From: Leidyana gryllorum EB-2025a
Taxonomy: Eukaryota > Protista > Apicomplexa
DNA: 64,000 nt
Assembly (NCBI GenBank): GCA_048772705.1
Contig: JBLWGC010000133.1
Location: forward strand, 149,531 to 213,530
Direction of reading: 5' to 3'
Shown here: piece by piece, positions 47,809-59,599 of the stretch
How positions within the stretch are numbered: position 1 is the stretch's first letter
Layout: each line of letters starts with the position of its first letter
Translations under genes and position numbers: made by a program
Notes under the pieces: model-generated
What the model was told of the DNA's origin: nothing
Seen by the model: the letters and a program-made list of their open reading frames with translations, nothing else
Database searches by the model: none

Positions 47809-48157
47809 TTTGCGGGAAAGAATGGTATATCTGTTGATGACTTTCCTTGTGACGAGTTCAAAGGAGTTTCAGCATGAAAACAACGGCGGAACCCAGCAAC
47901 AAAGTGTGCTGTCCAAACACAACAAGGCAAACGACAATCTTGTCGAGAAAAGGCTCCGCCCTCTCGAGGAGAAAAAATGCCTGGTCCAGGAAGTGGAGGA
48001 AGACTGATCATACATAACCTCCAAAAGGGAGGAAAAGATTCTTCAACATCGCGTACTTCCTTGGCTCCCGTCTCACCTTTCGCAGCGCGCGCGCACTCAT
48101 TCTCCCAGCCCCCGCCTCAGCCATGCTGCTGGATTCAACGACCAAGATGACTTTGCA

Positions 48158-48243
48158 GAGACACACACACAGAGACTCAGAGGCTTGAGAACGAGAGAGA
48201 GAGACAGAGAGAGAGCGAGAGAGAGAGACACAGAAGACAGAGA
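48158..48243. repeat. (AG)/(AC)-rich microsatellite tract
   Basis: gagacacacacacagagac...gagagagagagacagagagagagcgagagagagagacaca. Confidence 0.75.
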
Positions 48244-50687
48244 TCGAATCACACCGCCACCCGCACACCTTCGCTTGTGGGAGGAACCAATCTGAGCGGG
48301 AGATTCAATCTGTTTAGTCAGAACTCTTAGACCACGTGGCGGATACTCTGATGGCCAGACTTGATATGACATTTCCCAGTGAAGGTAATGGCGGCTTTCT
48401 CTCGGACAGCCGCAAAACAATCTCTTGAGACATTCATTAAGGCACTGGGCGGCTGGTTAGACCGCTCGTCATGAAATCTGTGCGTATACGTGCGGGCGAG
48501 CGACTGTGGCCCGTTCCGTGCATTCACGAGACGGAGACTATCTTCCTTCGGATCTTTGAATTTCACAGGACGTCCTCTGTCTTCGTCCTTTCGGGGGCCA
48601 ATCTCTCCCTCTCTCTTTCTCTCTGGCTATTGGACTTCATCAGAAGCGTATACAGTCTTCGGGGCATCCATTGTCATCGTCAACTTCAATGCTTCAACAT
48701 CTCGGATGTCTGATGGAAGACCATTCTTTTCTTGTCTTCGTAGTTTTGGTGGCATCTTCCAAGGGCTTTCAATGTATACATATGGAGGGAGACATAGATT
48801 GTAGCATTGGACGAAGGAATTCTTCCTCTGCTACCCGCCAGTCAGTCCTGTGACAATCAATACGGAGGAACTCGCCGCTCTCTCTGTGTGTATACCACTA
48901 TAGTCACCACACATAATCGAGGTCTATCAGAAAAAAAGAGCGGGGAGGTGGGGCTGTCGATACTTCGTTAGAATCAGGACATAAACAGCGCACAAATCAA
49001 CCAGATCTGCCTCTGCGAAGGCGGGAAACAAAGTATGCCGTTATAAATTTCAACCATCGTATCCAGAAAATCTGAAACGATTATCTCTTGCCGATAGCGC
49101 CGCGTGCATTGCCAGATCAACATTCTCACTAACAACACACGCCGCTTTCTGAGACACTTGGACACTGTCGCCGTAATCGCGATCATCTCAGTCTTTCTAG
49201 AGGCCCCTCCCCAATCATGTGGACGGCTAGAGGTTAATATACCCTTGATAATACTCCAGATGCCGTCATACACGTCATGGGAAGTTGAGCAACGTGAGCT
49301 CGTTCGGGATCGAAATTGGTCGACAGAACTATAAAGCTGATCGAAAGATAAGATGGGGACTCGGTAAGGAGTCGCCACGAAAACGTTGCAGTCTCCGGAA
49401 TGGCACAGCTATAGACACCAAAGGTTCGCGGTTCGTGTGTTGACAAACGTGTGTGCGCCGGGAACGCGCGACGTGTGGGCTCGGACTTTCATTTGTACCT
49501 CCAAGAGGAACGTTGTGGTATTGTGGATAACGGGGACGGAATGCGCGTGTAATTTTCTTGCCATACTTCAGTTATACACATATTGAACAGATGTCAACGC
49601 CTACGACGGCGGATCTTACTGAGCTTAGGATCGTTGAGGAAAGGATGTCCTGGCGCTGCGACTTCTTCTCTCCGAACTGCTGTCTGTCCACCAATTGCTC
49701 AACCAATGGACTTGCCACTGATCGACAATTCTGGTGTCATCGTTACGCTCGTGCCGTGGCGCAAAAGTAATTTTGGTACCGCGTGACGGTTATGTTGCCA
49801 ATCAGGGTTGGAGTTTAATTAAAGGTTGTGTTATTTATTCCCCCTGACAGGTCATAAGTCCGCGTATTACCTTTGTTCCGCAGGGTGGGAGCACCGGACA
49901 GGTGAAGGTTGGTCAGGTTAGGAGAGTTGAAGATCGCACACAGACCAGACTCTTCTTTCTGGTGCGTATACCTCCAAATCCAGGAGGTTTTGATATTCTT
50001 CGATCACTGAAATAGCTCGTGAGGCCCGTGCCAGTATCATTATATAAAGACTTGGCGTGACTTGTTTGTGGAAGCGCTAGAGGGATCTTTTGATTGGGAA
50101 CCGATAATCTTTCAATACAATTCCAGTTGCGCCACTTATGCAAACAAGTGGGCGGCGCCGTGCGTGCGAGATGATAGATGACGGACTCTGAGGGTGCGGA
50201 TTTTTCTACCATGTAGGAGGCAAGTCAGGCTGAGACACGAGTGTAATATCAATACTAGCAGCGCGCGCGTGATGTCGGGTGATAGGCGAATAAGAGTGAT
50301 ATACAGAGTATGGGATACATTTCATCCGCGGTCGGCAGAGCGAAGCGGTTCGACCGCCTCAGCTTCGAGTATCGGCGGCAACGGCCCTAAGCGGGCGGCT
50401 CGTGCCTGGATTAGGGATTAGCGATAGTGTAGTGTATTTCTTCAACGTCGTCATAGTAAGAAAGCGAGCGGGGGGGGGGGATGGGGACGACGGAGATCGG
50501 GGAAACTTGCAGTACTTTGATAGCGAGCGCATTGTGGCCTCTTCATATGTTAGATTCAGGGCTGTTTTGTCTTCTGTTTATTGTTCAAGTCGTCGTCGTA
50601 GTAGTGGGAATGGGTGTGTCGGGAGTTGGGAAGCTGCTGACGTGTGACGGTCAGCAGCAGTAACCTTCTTTCACCCCTCTCAGTCGT

Positions 50688-51989
50688 CTATTTGGAGACG
50701 TCCTCGGCCATGAATGATGCGTTATCGCCAGAGTGACTGCCTTCCGGGGCAACTTCAGTGCTGTTCTGAGCTGAACGGACTTTCTCGAGGTCTGTTTCAG
50801 CTTCCGCAGCTTGAGCGGCTTCGGTGGCAGCAGTGTTCTTGGCGATCTGTTTCTTCTTTCCCCAGGTGACGAGGACGGCTCCGAGCATAACAACGATGAT
50901 GCCAAAGACGTTGTACAGATCGAGGTCTCGTTTGAGGAGACCCAGCCATCCGTTCGCGTCCAGGATCGTTGATCCAACCAATTGACCCGCGACGATACAG
51001 GCAAATACGGCACTGAAACTCAGGTAGGCGGGGACAATTGCAGCCACACCACTGTAAAATACTGATACTGGGGCAGCGCAAAACTTCCACCAGTCCGAAC
51101 CGGTAATGTTGGCGTGACCCGGGTGCGCATTCTCAGACACCGCAATTATGTAACAAATAGTCATACCGGAAAAGAATGCCCAGGCACTCGCCCGCCGGAA
51201 ATGACCAATTTGACGCCCCATCTGACCGCCGACACCCGCCTGGAGACAGTTAACCACGCCGTATACCAATGCAAATAGAATGAAACCGATCTTCTTCCCC
51301 ACACTAGCTTGCTCGGGACGACCGTCGTCCAGACCGTCCAGGAACAGTGCGAATCGATACAGTACACAACCGATACACACAATTATCCCCCCAATCATGG
51401 TGTACATGTGCACTCCAATCTTCTTCGCCCAAGCAAACCCCGTAGCATCACAGATCATACTCATCACAATCTGACCCAGCAGTATACCGGTTGTCATCAA
51501 TCCAGTGCCCAATACTGGGCTAACCTCGGCCGAGATAATGTTCTGGATCGAGCCGAAAACACCGCCCAACAAACAGCACCAATTCCACATTCCAGATCGC
51601 AAGAACAGAGACAGGTCACGCCAACCTTCCCTCTTGGTCTTCCTCTTGCCCGTAAATAGAGCCCAACTGACTGTAAGAATCGATCCAATCGTGTAGGTCG
51701 TCGCCACAGCCCAGTAAGAACTCCCGAGAATGGCAGCGGATTGTGAATTCAAAGCCCCAGTAGCCGGCAAGATCATACCCGCAAGGAATGGAAGCGCCCA
51801 CATCGCCCTGCGCAGCCATACAGACCGAGCAGAGGGCTCAGCGGCCGCTTCCTTTGCGGCGCTGCCAGATTTAGTAACTATTGCAGACTCTGACGAGGCA
51901 ACAGCAGTAGGGGTTTCAACACCGTCCACAGAGGGGCGAATGTCTATCACTTCATCAGCGGCGTCCATGGGTGCTTTGGTCGTGCTCAT
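50688..51989 (-). CDS. DMT-superfamily transporter, duplicated DUF606/YdcZ-like domains
   Basis: Intronless; LAGMILPATGALNSQ...LGS, LLGGVFG, LGQIVMSMICDATGF, LQAGVGGQMG, AGQLVGSTILDANGWLG. Confidence 0.8.
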   Translation of the reverse strand: MSTTKAPMDAADEVIDIRPSVDGVETPTAVASSESAIVTKSGSAAKEAAAEPSARSVWLRRAMWALPFLAGMILPATGALNSQSAAILGSSYWAVATTYTIGSILTVSWALFTGKRKTKREGWRDLSLFLRSGMWNWCCLLGGVFGSIQNIISAEVSPVLGTGLMTTGILLGQIVMSMICDATGFAWAKKIGVHMYTMIGGIIVCIGCVLYRFALFLDGLDDGRPEQASVGKKIGFILFALVYGVVNCLQAGVGGQMGRQIGHFRRASAWAFFSGMTICYIIAVSENAHPGHANITGSDWWKFCAAPVSVFYSGVAAIVPAYLSFSAVFACIVAGQLVGSTILDANGWLGLLKRDLDLYNVFGIIVVMLGAVLVTWGKKKQIAKNTAATEAAQAAEAETDLEKVRSAQNSTEVAPEGSHSGDNASFMAEDVSK

Positions 51990-54385
51990 GGCGATGCAGA
52001 ACGGTGAACACGATACCGACCCCAAAAAAGTAACTAGTCAAAGAGATCTGTCAAGTAAATACGGATTCAACATACGCCTTTAGCGCACACACGTGTGTGT
52101 GACCAATGTCGCAATCCAAAATTGCATTCAGCCAAGGTGCTGAGTCTCGTAAGCTCGCCCAAGTCGCTCCCATGGATTTTCATGCTCCCTCACAAAGCTG
52201 GCCAATGTAACAGAAGCTGACTGCCACCTCGGCAAGTGCTGTGGCAGCATCGTCGTGTGCACTCGTCATCGTCACGCTGGATCTGGTGTCAATAGTCGTT
52301 ATGCCACGTACAGCGAAGTGGACCGTCTGTGAGGCAGCACGGAATCTGGATCACCATGCTGGCGGGCACTGACAACTGTCGTTATCCCCTCTGGGCAGTA
52401 CGTGGGCAACGATTTTCTGAGGCTGTTCTCGACACATCTGGCTGCGTATATAGAAAAAAAACACCACCACAACTTCCCCAAATACGCTTGTGGAGTATGT
52501 TACCCTCCCGAGGTCGGCTTAGGACCAGTATTACACAACAACAACCCCTCGCTGCCAGTAAGAATACAGCACCAGATTAACTAGTCATCAACCAAGTTAA
52601 TAGTCCGGCTGCTCAGTGCCCTCATGTAGCCACTCGTTGCAACTCGACCCAGCACACAGTCATTGTTGGAATTTGTTGGAGCACACTTCGATTCGGAAGT
52701 CGTGTTTCTTATCCATCCACACACACGGGCGAACACATGTACAAATCCGCCGAGGGACTATGGCACAGCTGGTAGTCAGCTAAGGAGGCTATTGATGGGA
52801 TTCGAACCATTGCCGCTCTTGGCAATGTCAACGCATTTATCGAATACACTCATCTCATGAGAGTTTGCGTCAAGCCGCCTGAGTGTGGGTCTTTGGCCTT
52901 GGTGGGTGAATAGCATTTCTTCAACTTTAGTACTCAGCTTCACCACTGCCAAGACAGTTGGGTTGATGAGCGGCAGCGGCAGCAGTAAAAGTACCATAAT
53001 TGTAGAGGTACTTCGGTCCTCCTCTAGGGGGCCCGACATTGCTCGAGATGATGCAAGGGAGGGCGGGAGATAGAGAATGTCGGTGTCGCCAGTATCGTCA
53101 CGGCTATCGTGATTGGTCTTTGAAGCCGACGTGGAACTGGTAGCCGTGAGTTTCGCCTGTTTTTGTTTGTCTTGGCTCCAGCGCACCAAGTTAGGTGGTC
53201 TATCGCGCGCCAACGACACAGTCAATGGTGAAGGGGACCGATTTTGTGGCTACAGAACTTCACTGAGTTGGGGGGTCGAGCCCCTCAACCATCTTCTTCG
53301 AAGACCCAAAGAATGAGGACACTGGCCCTCGATGTCCTGATTACACAGGTGTCGTCTCTTGACTTTATAACCGTCAACACATCGCTGTGTGAGTTCAAAG
53401 AGACGATCTAACGCCGTCCGGAATTTTTGATGCTTTGACCCTTCCGGCTCTCGGCTTACTTTTCAGTCATCCGACAGCATAGTGCAACACGATGGGGAGA
53501 GAGCTCAAAACGGAGTCCCCTCCGATAGTCGGAGACACGGCAGAACGATCGGTCTGCCGTCTGCCATTGACTTCAGTGGTATATCGGAATCGTTCGTTGT
53601 GAGAGTATCCCATCGATTCATTGTAAGGCGTTATTTTCCTCTTAGTCTGACTGACGCCAGCAGACTGGTTTCCTTTGTGCTCAATAGAGAACTAATTTTC
53701 AAGAGCTTCCGAAACCTCTCCGCATCCGGTAATACTTTGCCACCCCTTCGCGCGATCGATCTAAACCCTTTGGATCGCAAGTCGTACCGGTCTCCTCTGA
53801 TGAGTCCACAGCTTTTTCGAAAGGGGGAAGACTAATACGAGGAGACAGCTGCTGTGATCAGACGGGCCACTCAAGTCCAGGTACAGCAAGACGATGCCGG
53901 GGGCGGGCGGGCGAGCGACGACTTTGGAGTCAGCGATTTGCATCGACTCCCCTTTCGCCGATCACCGACCGCACTAATGACTCTTCTTCTGGGCACTCTT
54001 GCGTCTCCCCGCAACGGAAGCTCTCACAGGGGCGTTCTTTGCGAGACAAGAAGTGCCTTCCGATATGGTGATTTCGTAGCTGAGAGCGCGTGAATGTTGA
54101 ATCCATGGGATCGCCTCGGCGGTGGCGACAGGCACCACACTTCAGTGAGCACGACAGAGGGGTTAGCCCCGTAAAAAAACACCCCCTTGCAGCTCGGCCA
54201 CAGTCCCCCATTATGACACTCGATGCATTGGGACACTAGATGGCGAGACTGAGCCGTCCAGGCGACATGACGAGCGCAGAGGGACCCTACCGTGCGTAAA
54301 CTCTTTTTCGTAGACCATAAACGATATAGCTGGACTGACTAAGGCCGTACCACCTCATTCCCTTAATGGTATCTTACATCTCACG

Positions 54386-54404
54386 TGGTGGATCTGGCGG
54401 GAAT
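54386..54404 (+). promoter_or_regulatory. Primer-binding site complementary to a tRNA 3' end (tRNA-Ala-like)
   Basis: TGG-T-GGATCTG-GCGGG-AAT is the reverse complement of T-loop/T-stem/acceptor strand/A73/CCA, with U at position 70. Confidence 0.65.
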
Positions 54405-54930
54405 GAGGACGGTAGCACCAGTCCACGACAGAGAGAGAGAGAGAAGTGGTAGCCAGAAGAGCGCCCTACACCGTTTCGGACCTCAGTAAAGCGAAGAGGT
54501 TGTATCGGTCGTGCTACAGTGGAGCACCGAAGAGGAGTTCGATGCCCAACTGGATCAGCGGGAGATCAAGGCGAGAGATCCGGGAGTTTCGACGGCCATA
54601 TAGTCCGCAGCGCACTCTCCCCAGACGATGCCGACAAGGCACAGGCCATCTCGGGGCGGGATACTGACTGGGCTCAGTACCGAGACGCCTTGGCTTGTTG
54701 TCTCTTCCCAAGGCCGGAGGCACTACATCGTGTTGCGAACGAGGCGGTTCCCTGGGTCTGGAGACCGCGAACTGATTTCATACGTCAGGAAACGCTACGC
54801 CTACTACACACGACTGCATCAGCGACGACCGAACGAAGAGCTGTGGGCCGACTTGAATGTGACATGGGTCCGAAGCTTCGTACAAGCCATCATCAGTAAG
54901 GGAAGCACCGACAGTTCCTGTACCTAGGAT

Positions 54931-55441
54931 TTGTGGTCGATGCGTCGGGCTACACCTCACCCAACGACTGGAGTTGCACCGTTCACGCTACTTACCGGAT
55001 TGGAGATGTCGATACCTGGAAGCCAAGAGTTCAGTCGGGCTAACCACCCACTGCCAGAACGCTTAAGGTACATCGAGAATCTGCGCGCTGATGCAAACCG
55101 CTCGTCACGGGACAAGGCGAAGGCAAGAATGCGCGATGTATGGTATATCCCGGAAGTCGGTGACATCGTGGTCTGCCTACGACACGAAGGTCTAACGACT
55201 GGAAAGCAGCAAGCGTCCGTAGCCAATCGGTTCCGACCACCCTACAGCAGTCCCTGTGTTGTTCTGGAGACTGGCCTGCCTGGAGGCGGTACGAAGGTTA
55301 AGCCGCTTAAGGGTTACCGACATTGCGTCTACAGTGCACTATTCCAACTTGATTGAGATTGAAGAGCCGTCTGACGAGGCTTTGAAATTAATATCTGACC
55401 ACAGAAGAACTAAAAGGGTTCGAGACACTTTCGCCAAGTGA
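54931..55441 (+). pseudogene. Retroelement integrase C-terminal remnant with GPY/F-like module
   Basis: RRATPHPTTGVAPFTLLTG, EVGDIV, RFRPPYSSPCVV, frameshifting into TVHYSNL; DDE core not recognisable. Confidence 0.75.
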
Positions 55442-57434
55442 AGTCCTCCGGGACCGACTCCAGCGCGAACGACGAAAGCCGACGACCATTGAGACCCGTA
55501 AGCGGGCCAGGCCAGACGTCGCCTTCACCGTTGACAATGAAATGCAGCAGCCTCTGCAACTGTCTCTGTATCCAGGCACCTTTACCGCTACGGTAGGCCA
55601 CCCACTGGCTGGGGGCCCCACAGGGCCCCAACCGTGCGTAATCCTTTTTCCGTACCCCATAGACCATAAACGATATAGCTGGACTCAATATCACCGTTTC
55701 ACCTCATTCCCTCAATGAGATCTTACATCTTAAGCGGGACAGCGAGACAGCGAGACAGCCAGGGCCAATAAAATCTAATTGAAGCTGTGGGCGCGAGACC
55801 GTCTCATAACCAACGACCATCCGTTGCAAAGAAATGTGCTGTGACAGAATCAAGAATCAATTGAAAGAACACTGGGCGACGATGCTCGCAATTGCCGTGG
55901 AAGCGGTCGTGTACCTGGGCGTTCTCTGGATAATCCTTCACCCACGTTCGAGGCAGTCCAGAACGGCCGAGCCCGACACTTCTTGGTGGGAAGGCGTCCC
56001 CGAGACTGCAGTAAGCGTGGCGCTGGGTCAACTGTAAGTTCGGGTTGATCTAAAGTTGATAATGGCCCTAACAGCCTACGTTCCTGCGTCTCTGCAGCCT
56101 TCAAGTGGGTGCTGAAGGATTTGAAGAAGTGTTTGACGAAAAGAGACGCAAGACACGACCAGTGGCGATCTTTGCTGCGACAATTGGAGGCCTGTGGGGA
56201 ATATATGGCGGCAAACCAGAGGGAGCCCGCCTTAGAAGCATCGAATGACGACGAGCCAACCACAGAGCAGCAGCTCGATTCTGCCCCTACTGAGAGAGCG
56301 GTCGGATTAATGGCAAACATTGATAACGCGACCGATCCCTCACAATGAAGCGTACGACTGCAAACCCATCCCTCCCAAATTGGAGTGATAATCGAACTGA
56401 ATGTGAAGGGGTAAACCTGAACAACTGGGTACCCTCATTCAGATCACCAACAATGTTCGGTCCCACCGCCTGACCCGCAAAATGTGAGCCTTTTAATGTT
56501 CCAAATTCTGTTAGTGAAGACCCCACCACCCTGGACTTGGGTTGGAGTACAAAAAGAAACAATCCCGAAAAACCGCCCGCTGTAAAGGCGCTGCCCCAAA
56601 GCACTGTAACTCGAAGCCTTCCGCATACCCAACCATCAGGCACCCGACTATTAATGCTATCAGTCCCGACTGGCCACTTCCTTCTTACTTCGGGGTATCG
56701 GCGAAAGTAGGTGACCGGCCATCTTTGGCAAACTCCCTCGCCGAGCTTCTTCCTTTTTGCATCGGGGAGACGCTGGCCGGCGGGGTCTGCTCCTTACACC
56801 AGGCCTAAATCTCGATCCCTCGTTGGCCGAGTGACTCCAGCCCTTCGTGACTGAAGCTTTTTGTGCGGGTCGACGGTGTCCTGCAGCTGAGCTCGGAAGG
56901 AGCAATCCATCGGGGGTCGAGGGGGCTTTAATGAAGATTACAATACCTACAACCTGTGGCAGTGGAGACAACCAGACACCGTTATGCCGTTCAGACGGCG
57001 TTGATACACGCCGACACGTCTCTCTCTCATCTTTTTCCGAACCACCATCGAACTGAGAACCGGGCAGCTCCCGTGCGCCTGCTCTACCAAGTAGACAAAG
57101 CTGCGCTGTGTCCCGAGGCCGGGACCAGTGGTGCTTGATATATGCAACGATACAAACACCTTTGCTCAGCGAATGGCTTTTCAACTCAGATTGCAACGCC
57201 ATGTGCCACACAGTGTATAGCAGACGGTACTGACAGCCCGCCTGTAGTCTGAGGATACCCACAAAGACTGAGTAGAGCCTTGAAGTGCCTTACTCGAGGC
57301 CTTCAGATTGTGAGTCCTGTCAACGATATATCAAAAAGGCAGTTCGGAGCCCTTCAGCGACCACTTCCATCACTGTTGTATGGATGGATCCCAGTCCGGA
57401 AGTCTTATGCGGTGTTCATTTTCACGGCATTTTA

Positions 57435-59599
57435 CTACACTTGCAGTCTTTGTCCTACTTTTATCTGATCGTAGAGCTCACAGAGACTGACTTTCACTCT
57501 GTTTGAAGTGATGAGCGTAGAAAGGCGTCGAATTAGAAACCTCAAAAAGGCGGTTTCCATTTTGACCACAAACGACTCGCACAATGTAAAAGCCCCGAGG
57601 GCAGTATTCTGGAAGCCCTGGACTTCTTCTCCCTTTGCGGGAAGACCTCTTTGTAGATCGACGCGGGACAGACAGCCGGTAACATCACCGGGAGGCCCAA
57701 ATATTCCAACTCTTTGAAGCGTTGGTTCAGCAACGCACGACCCAACCACCAATCGTCCGAGCAAGTCTCGGCGATGAGGTCGAACAGTCCGCCAACGGAG
57801 GTCTGAGCCTCTCGCAATGTCCCTTCCAACATATCCGCGTACCACTGACTGACGAGGGCCTTTGGAACGCTGCAGTAACAAGCGCCTGAAAGGAGAGTGG
57901 ACGCAGCGTGGACACTTCTTTCTCGCAGCTTTGTCCATTGCTCCGGATCATCGGCAGTCTGCGTCATCAGACACAAACTGATGTCTTCCGCCGAACACCC
58001 AATGTATTTCAGCACAGCTCGGAGAGTGGCATCGGTATACAGTCCCGAGACGAGTTCCAATTGGACCTTAGGCCACGGATAGCGCAGAAGGGCTGCAGCT
58101 TGGAGCCCGAAACGGACCCGAATGCCTCTCCGTCGCCAAATGGAGTGCCCAACCAAAAACCAGTCAGTCAACTTCGCGATCTGGGAAGGCACTCCGGTGA
58201 CACCGACATATTGAATTTGACACCTTTCAATCAAACGCCGCATCGCTTCCGGTGAGGCATCCCGTTTGGTGTGAAGGCATAACACCCGGACACAGTCGGA
58301 GGGCAAAGAGGCGGGGGTCGCGCGCTCACACAGTCCTTCAACCAGCGCCCATCCCTCCAAAGGTAACTCAATGCGCTTCAGATTCTGAAAGGGCAGAGTT
58401 CTGAGTAAATTTTCAGTCAGAGTCGGAGTGGATTTGTCGTTGACATAGAGAACCCGTGTGACCTCTGACCATTCCACTGGATGATTGATGCCGGTGGCGC
58501 TCAGATAAAGTGTGTTGTCACTCATCAATCCAAAGTATGGGGGAGGGTATACAGCGGGAGGTTCGGTCAGTGGGAGAGCCTTCCAGCAGAGAGGCGGTGA
58601 ATCCAAATCCTTCGTTCGGGCCAACCGGAACCATCCGAAACTCGAGTCGACGCGCCGCAGCACAGTGCCATCTTCTTGAGTCCCATTCTGAAGCTCTTGT
58701 GCGTATATATATGACACAAACGGCACATTCCGCAGGTAAGTGCGACAGAGCGGATGCATATGGCGCTCCCGATCGCTCCATTCTCGTTTGAGGTATTCCC
58801 AGAGCCTCTGTGACCCTCTGAACGAAATGTAACGCAATGTTTCCAGAAAGCCTCACCGCGCGCACTTTGGCCACGTGATTGTGATTCTGTTTCGGAACTC
58901 CAGTGGATCGCTCGCCCAATCGTGCGCCTCGGGTAGATATCGCACCAGACACGGGGATGTCTGCCATCCCCCGTTTGTCACAGAGGCGGCGGTGTCGTGA
59001 GTTTTGAAGATCCAATAGCTGAATTGTGGCTTTGTTACCGACACAATCCGGTCGTCGCGGCCACCCTGGCCGTCACCCACAGCCCTACGGAGCTCCACCG
59101 CTAGATCGTGGCGAATGAAAGGGAGCTGGTGCCTTTTGACGACTAAACATTCCAATATCGGGGCATCGATAAGCAGCGACCCTTCAGACAACTCTGACCA
59201 GGAGATGTCCAACAACTTCAGGTTGGGAAAACTGAAAGTGTGGGTCTGCCACGACCCCCCACTTTCGAAAACGGTGCCTATGATTGCTTCCGTCAGTCTC
59301 GGCAGTCCCCATTGGGACATCTTCTGTAGCAGATCAGTCCATATCAGCTGTCTGGATGTGGATCCTCTCCAGCTCAAGGACTCTAGGTGGGGGCACGATC
59401 GGCAAAGCCATGCTTCAAACCAAGAAGCGCGCTGTAGCCAGGCCCACTGTGGCGGTTTAAGAGATAAGCGTTCAGAAAGTAGTAATGACTTTTCAGAGTG
59501 AAGAAGATTGTGTAGCTGTTTGGAGATTCCTGCCGCTTTTGTCAACTCACATAGCGGTAGGAACCCCAGAATTTGGGTCCAGATGTCGTCGTTCAGCAT
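57435..59599 (-). CDS. F-box/LRR-like protein, copy 1 (3' end uncertain)
   Basis: F-box LNDDIWTQILGFLPLCELTKAAGISKQLHNL; LRR-like CPHLESLS, FPNLKLLDIS, FQNLKRIEL; 39-nt GTGAG...TTCAG intron 58818-58856 joins the two long ORFs in frame. Confidence 0.75.

Larger units (their letters stand above)
54281..55730 (+). mobile_element. Decayed, internally deleted Ty3/Gypsy-type LTR retroelement
   Basis: Diverged ~100-bp direct repeats at 54281-54381 and 55623-55730; PBS-like sequence at 54386; frameshifted integrase C-terminus between them. Confidence 0.75.

Noticed and set aside
48974-50212. ORFs 48974-49378 and 49913-50212 as genes
   Set aside because: No motifs and no consistent splice model, so not supportable without expression data
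52797-52808. GGTTCGAATCC on the minus strand (tRNA T-loop / Pol III B-box)
   Set aside because: No complete T-stem, acceptor stem or correctly spaced A-box, so no tRNA or SINE can be supported
55834-56348. Possible two-exon gene right of the LTR relic
   Set aside because: An intron-like sequence is present, but I could not build a convincing model or recognise a family; covered only as unexplained sequence
58818-58856. Stop-codon readthrough or a two-gene operon between in-frame ORFs 58853-59599 and 57542-58837
   Set aside because: The TGA lies within a canonical 39-nt GTGAG...TTCAG intron conserved in copy 2
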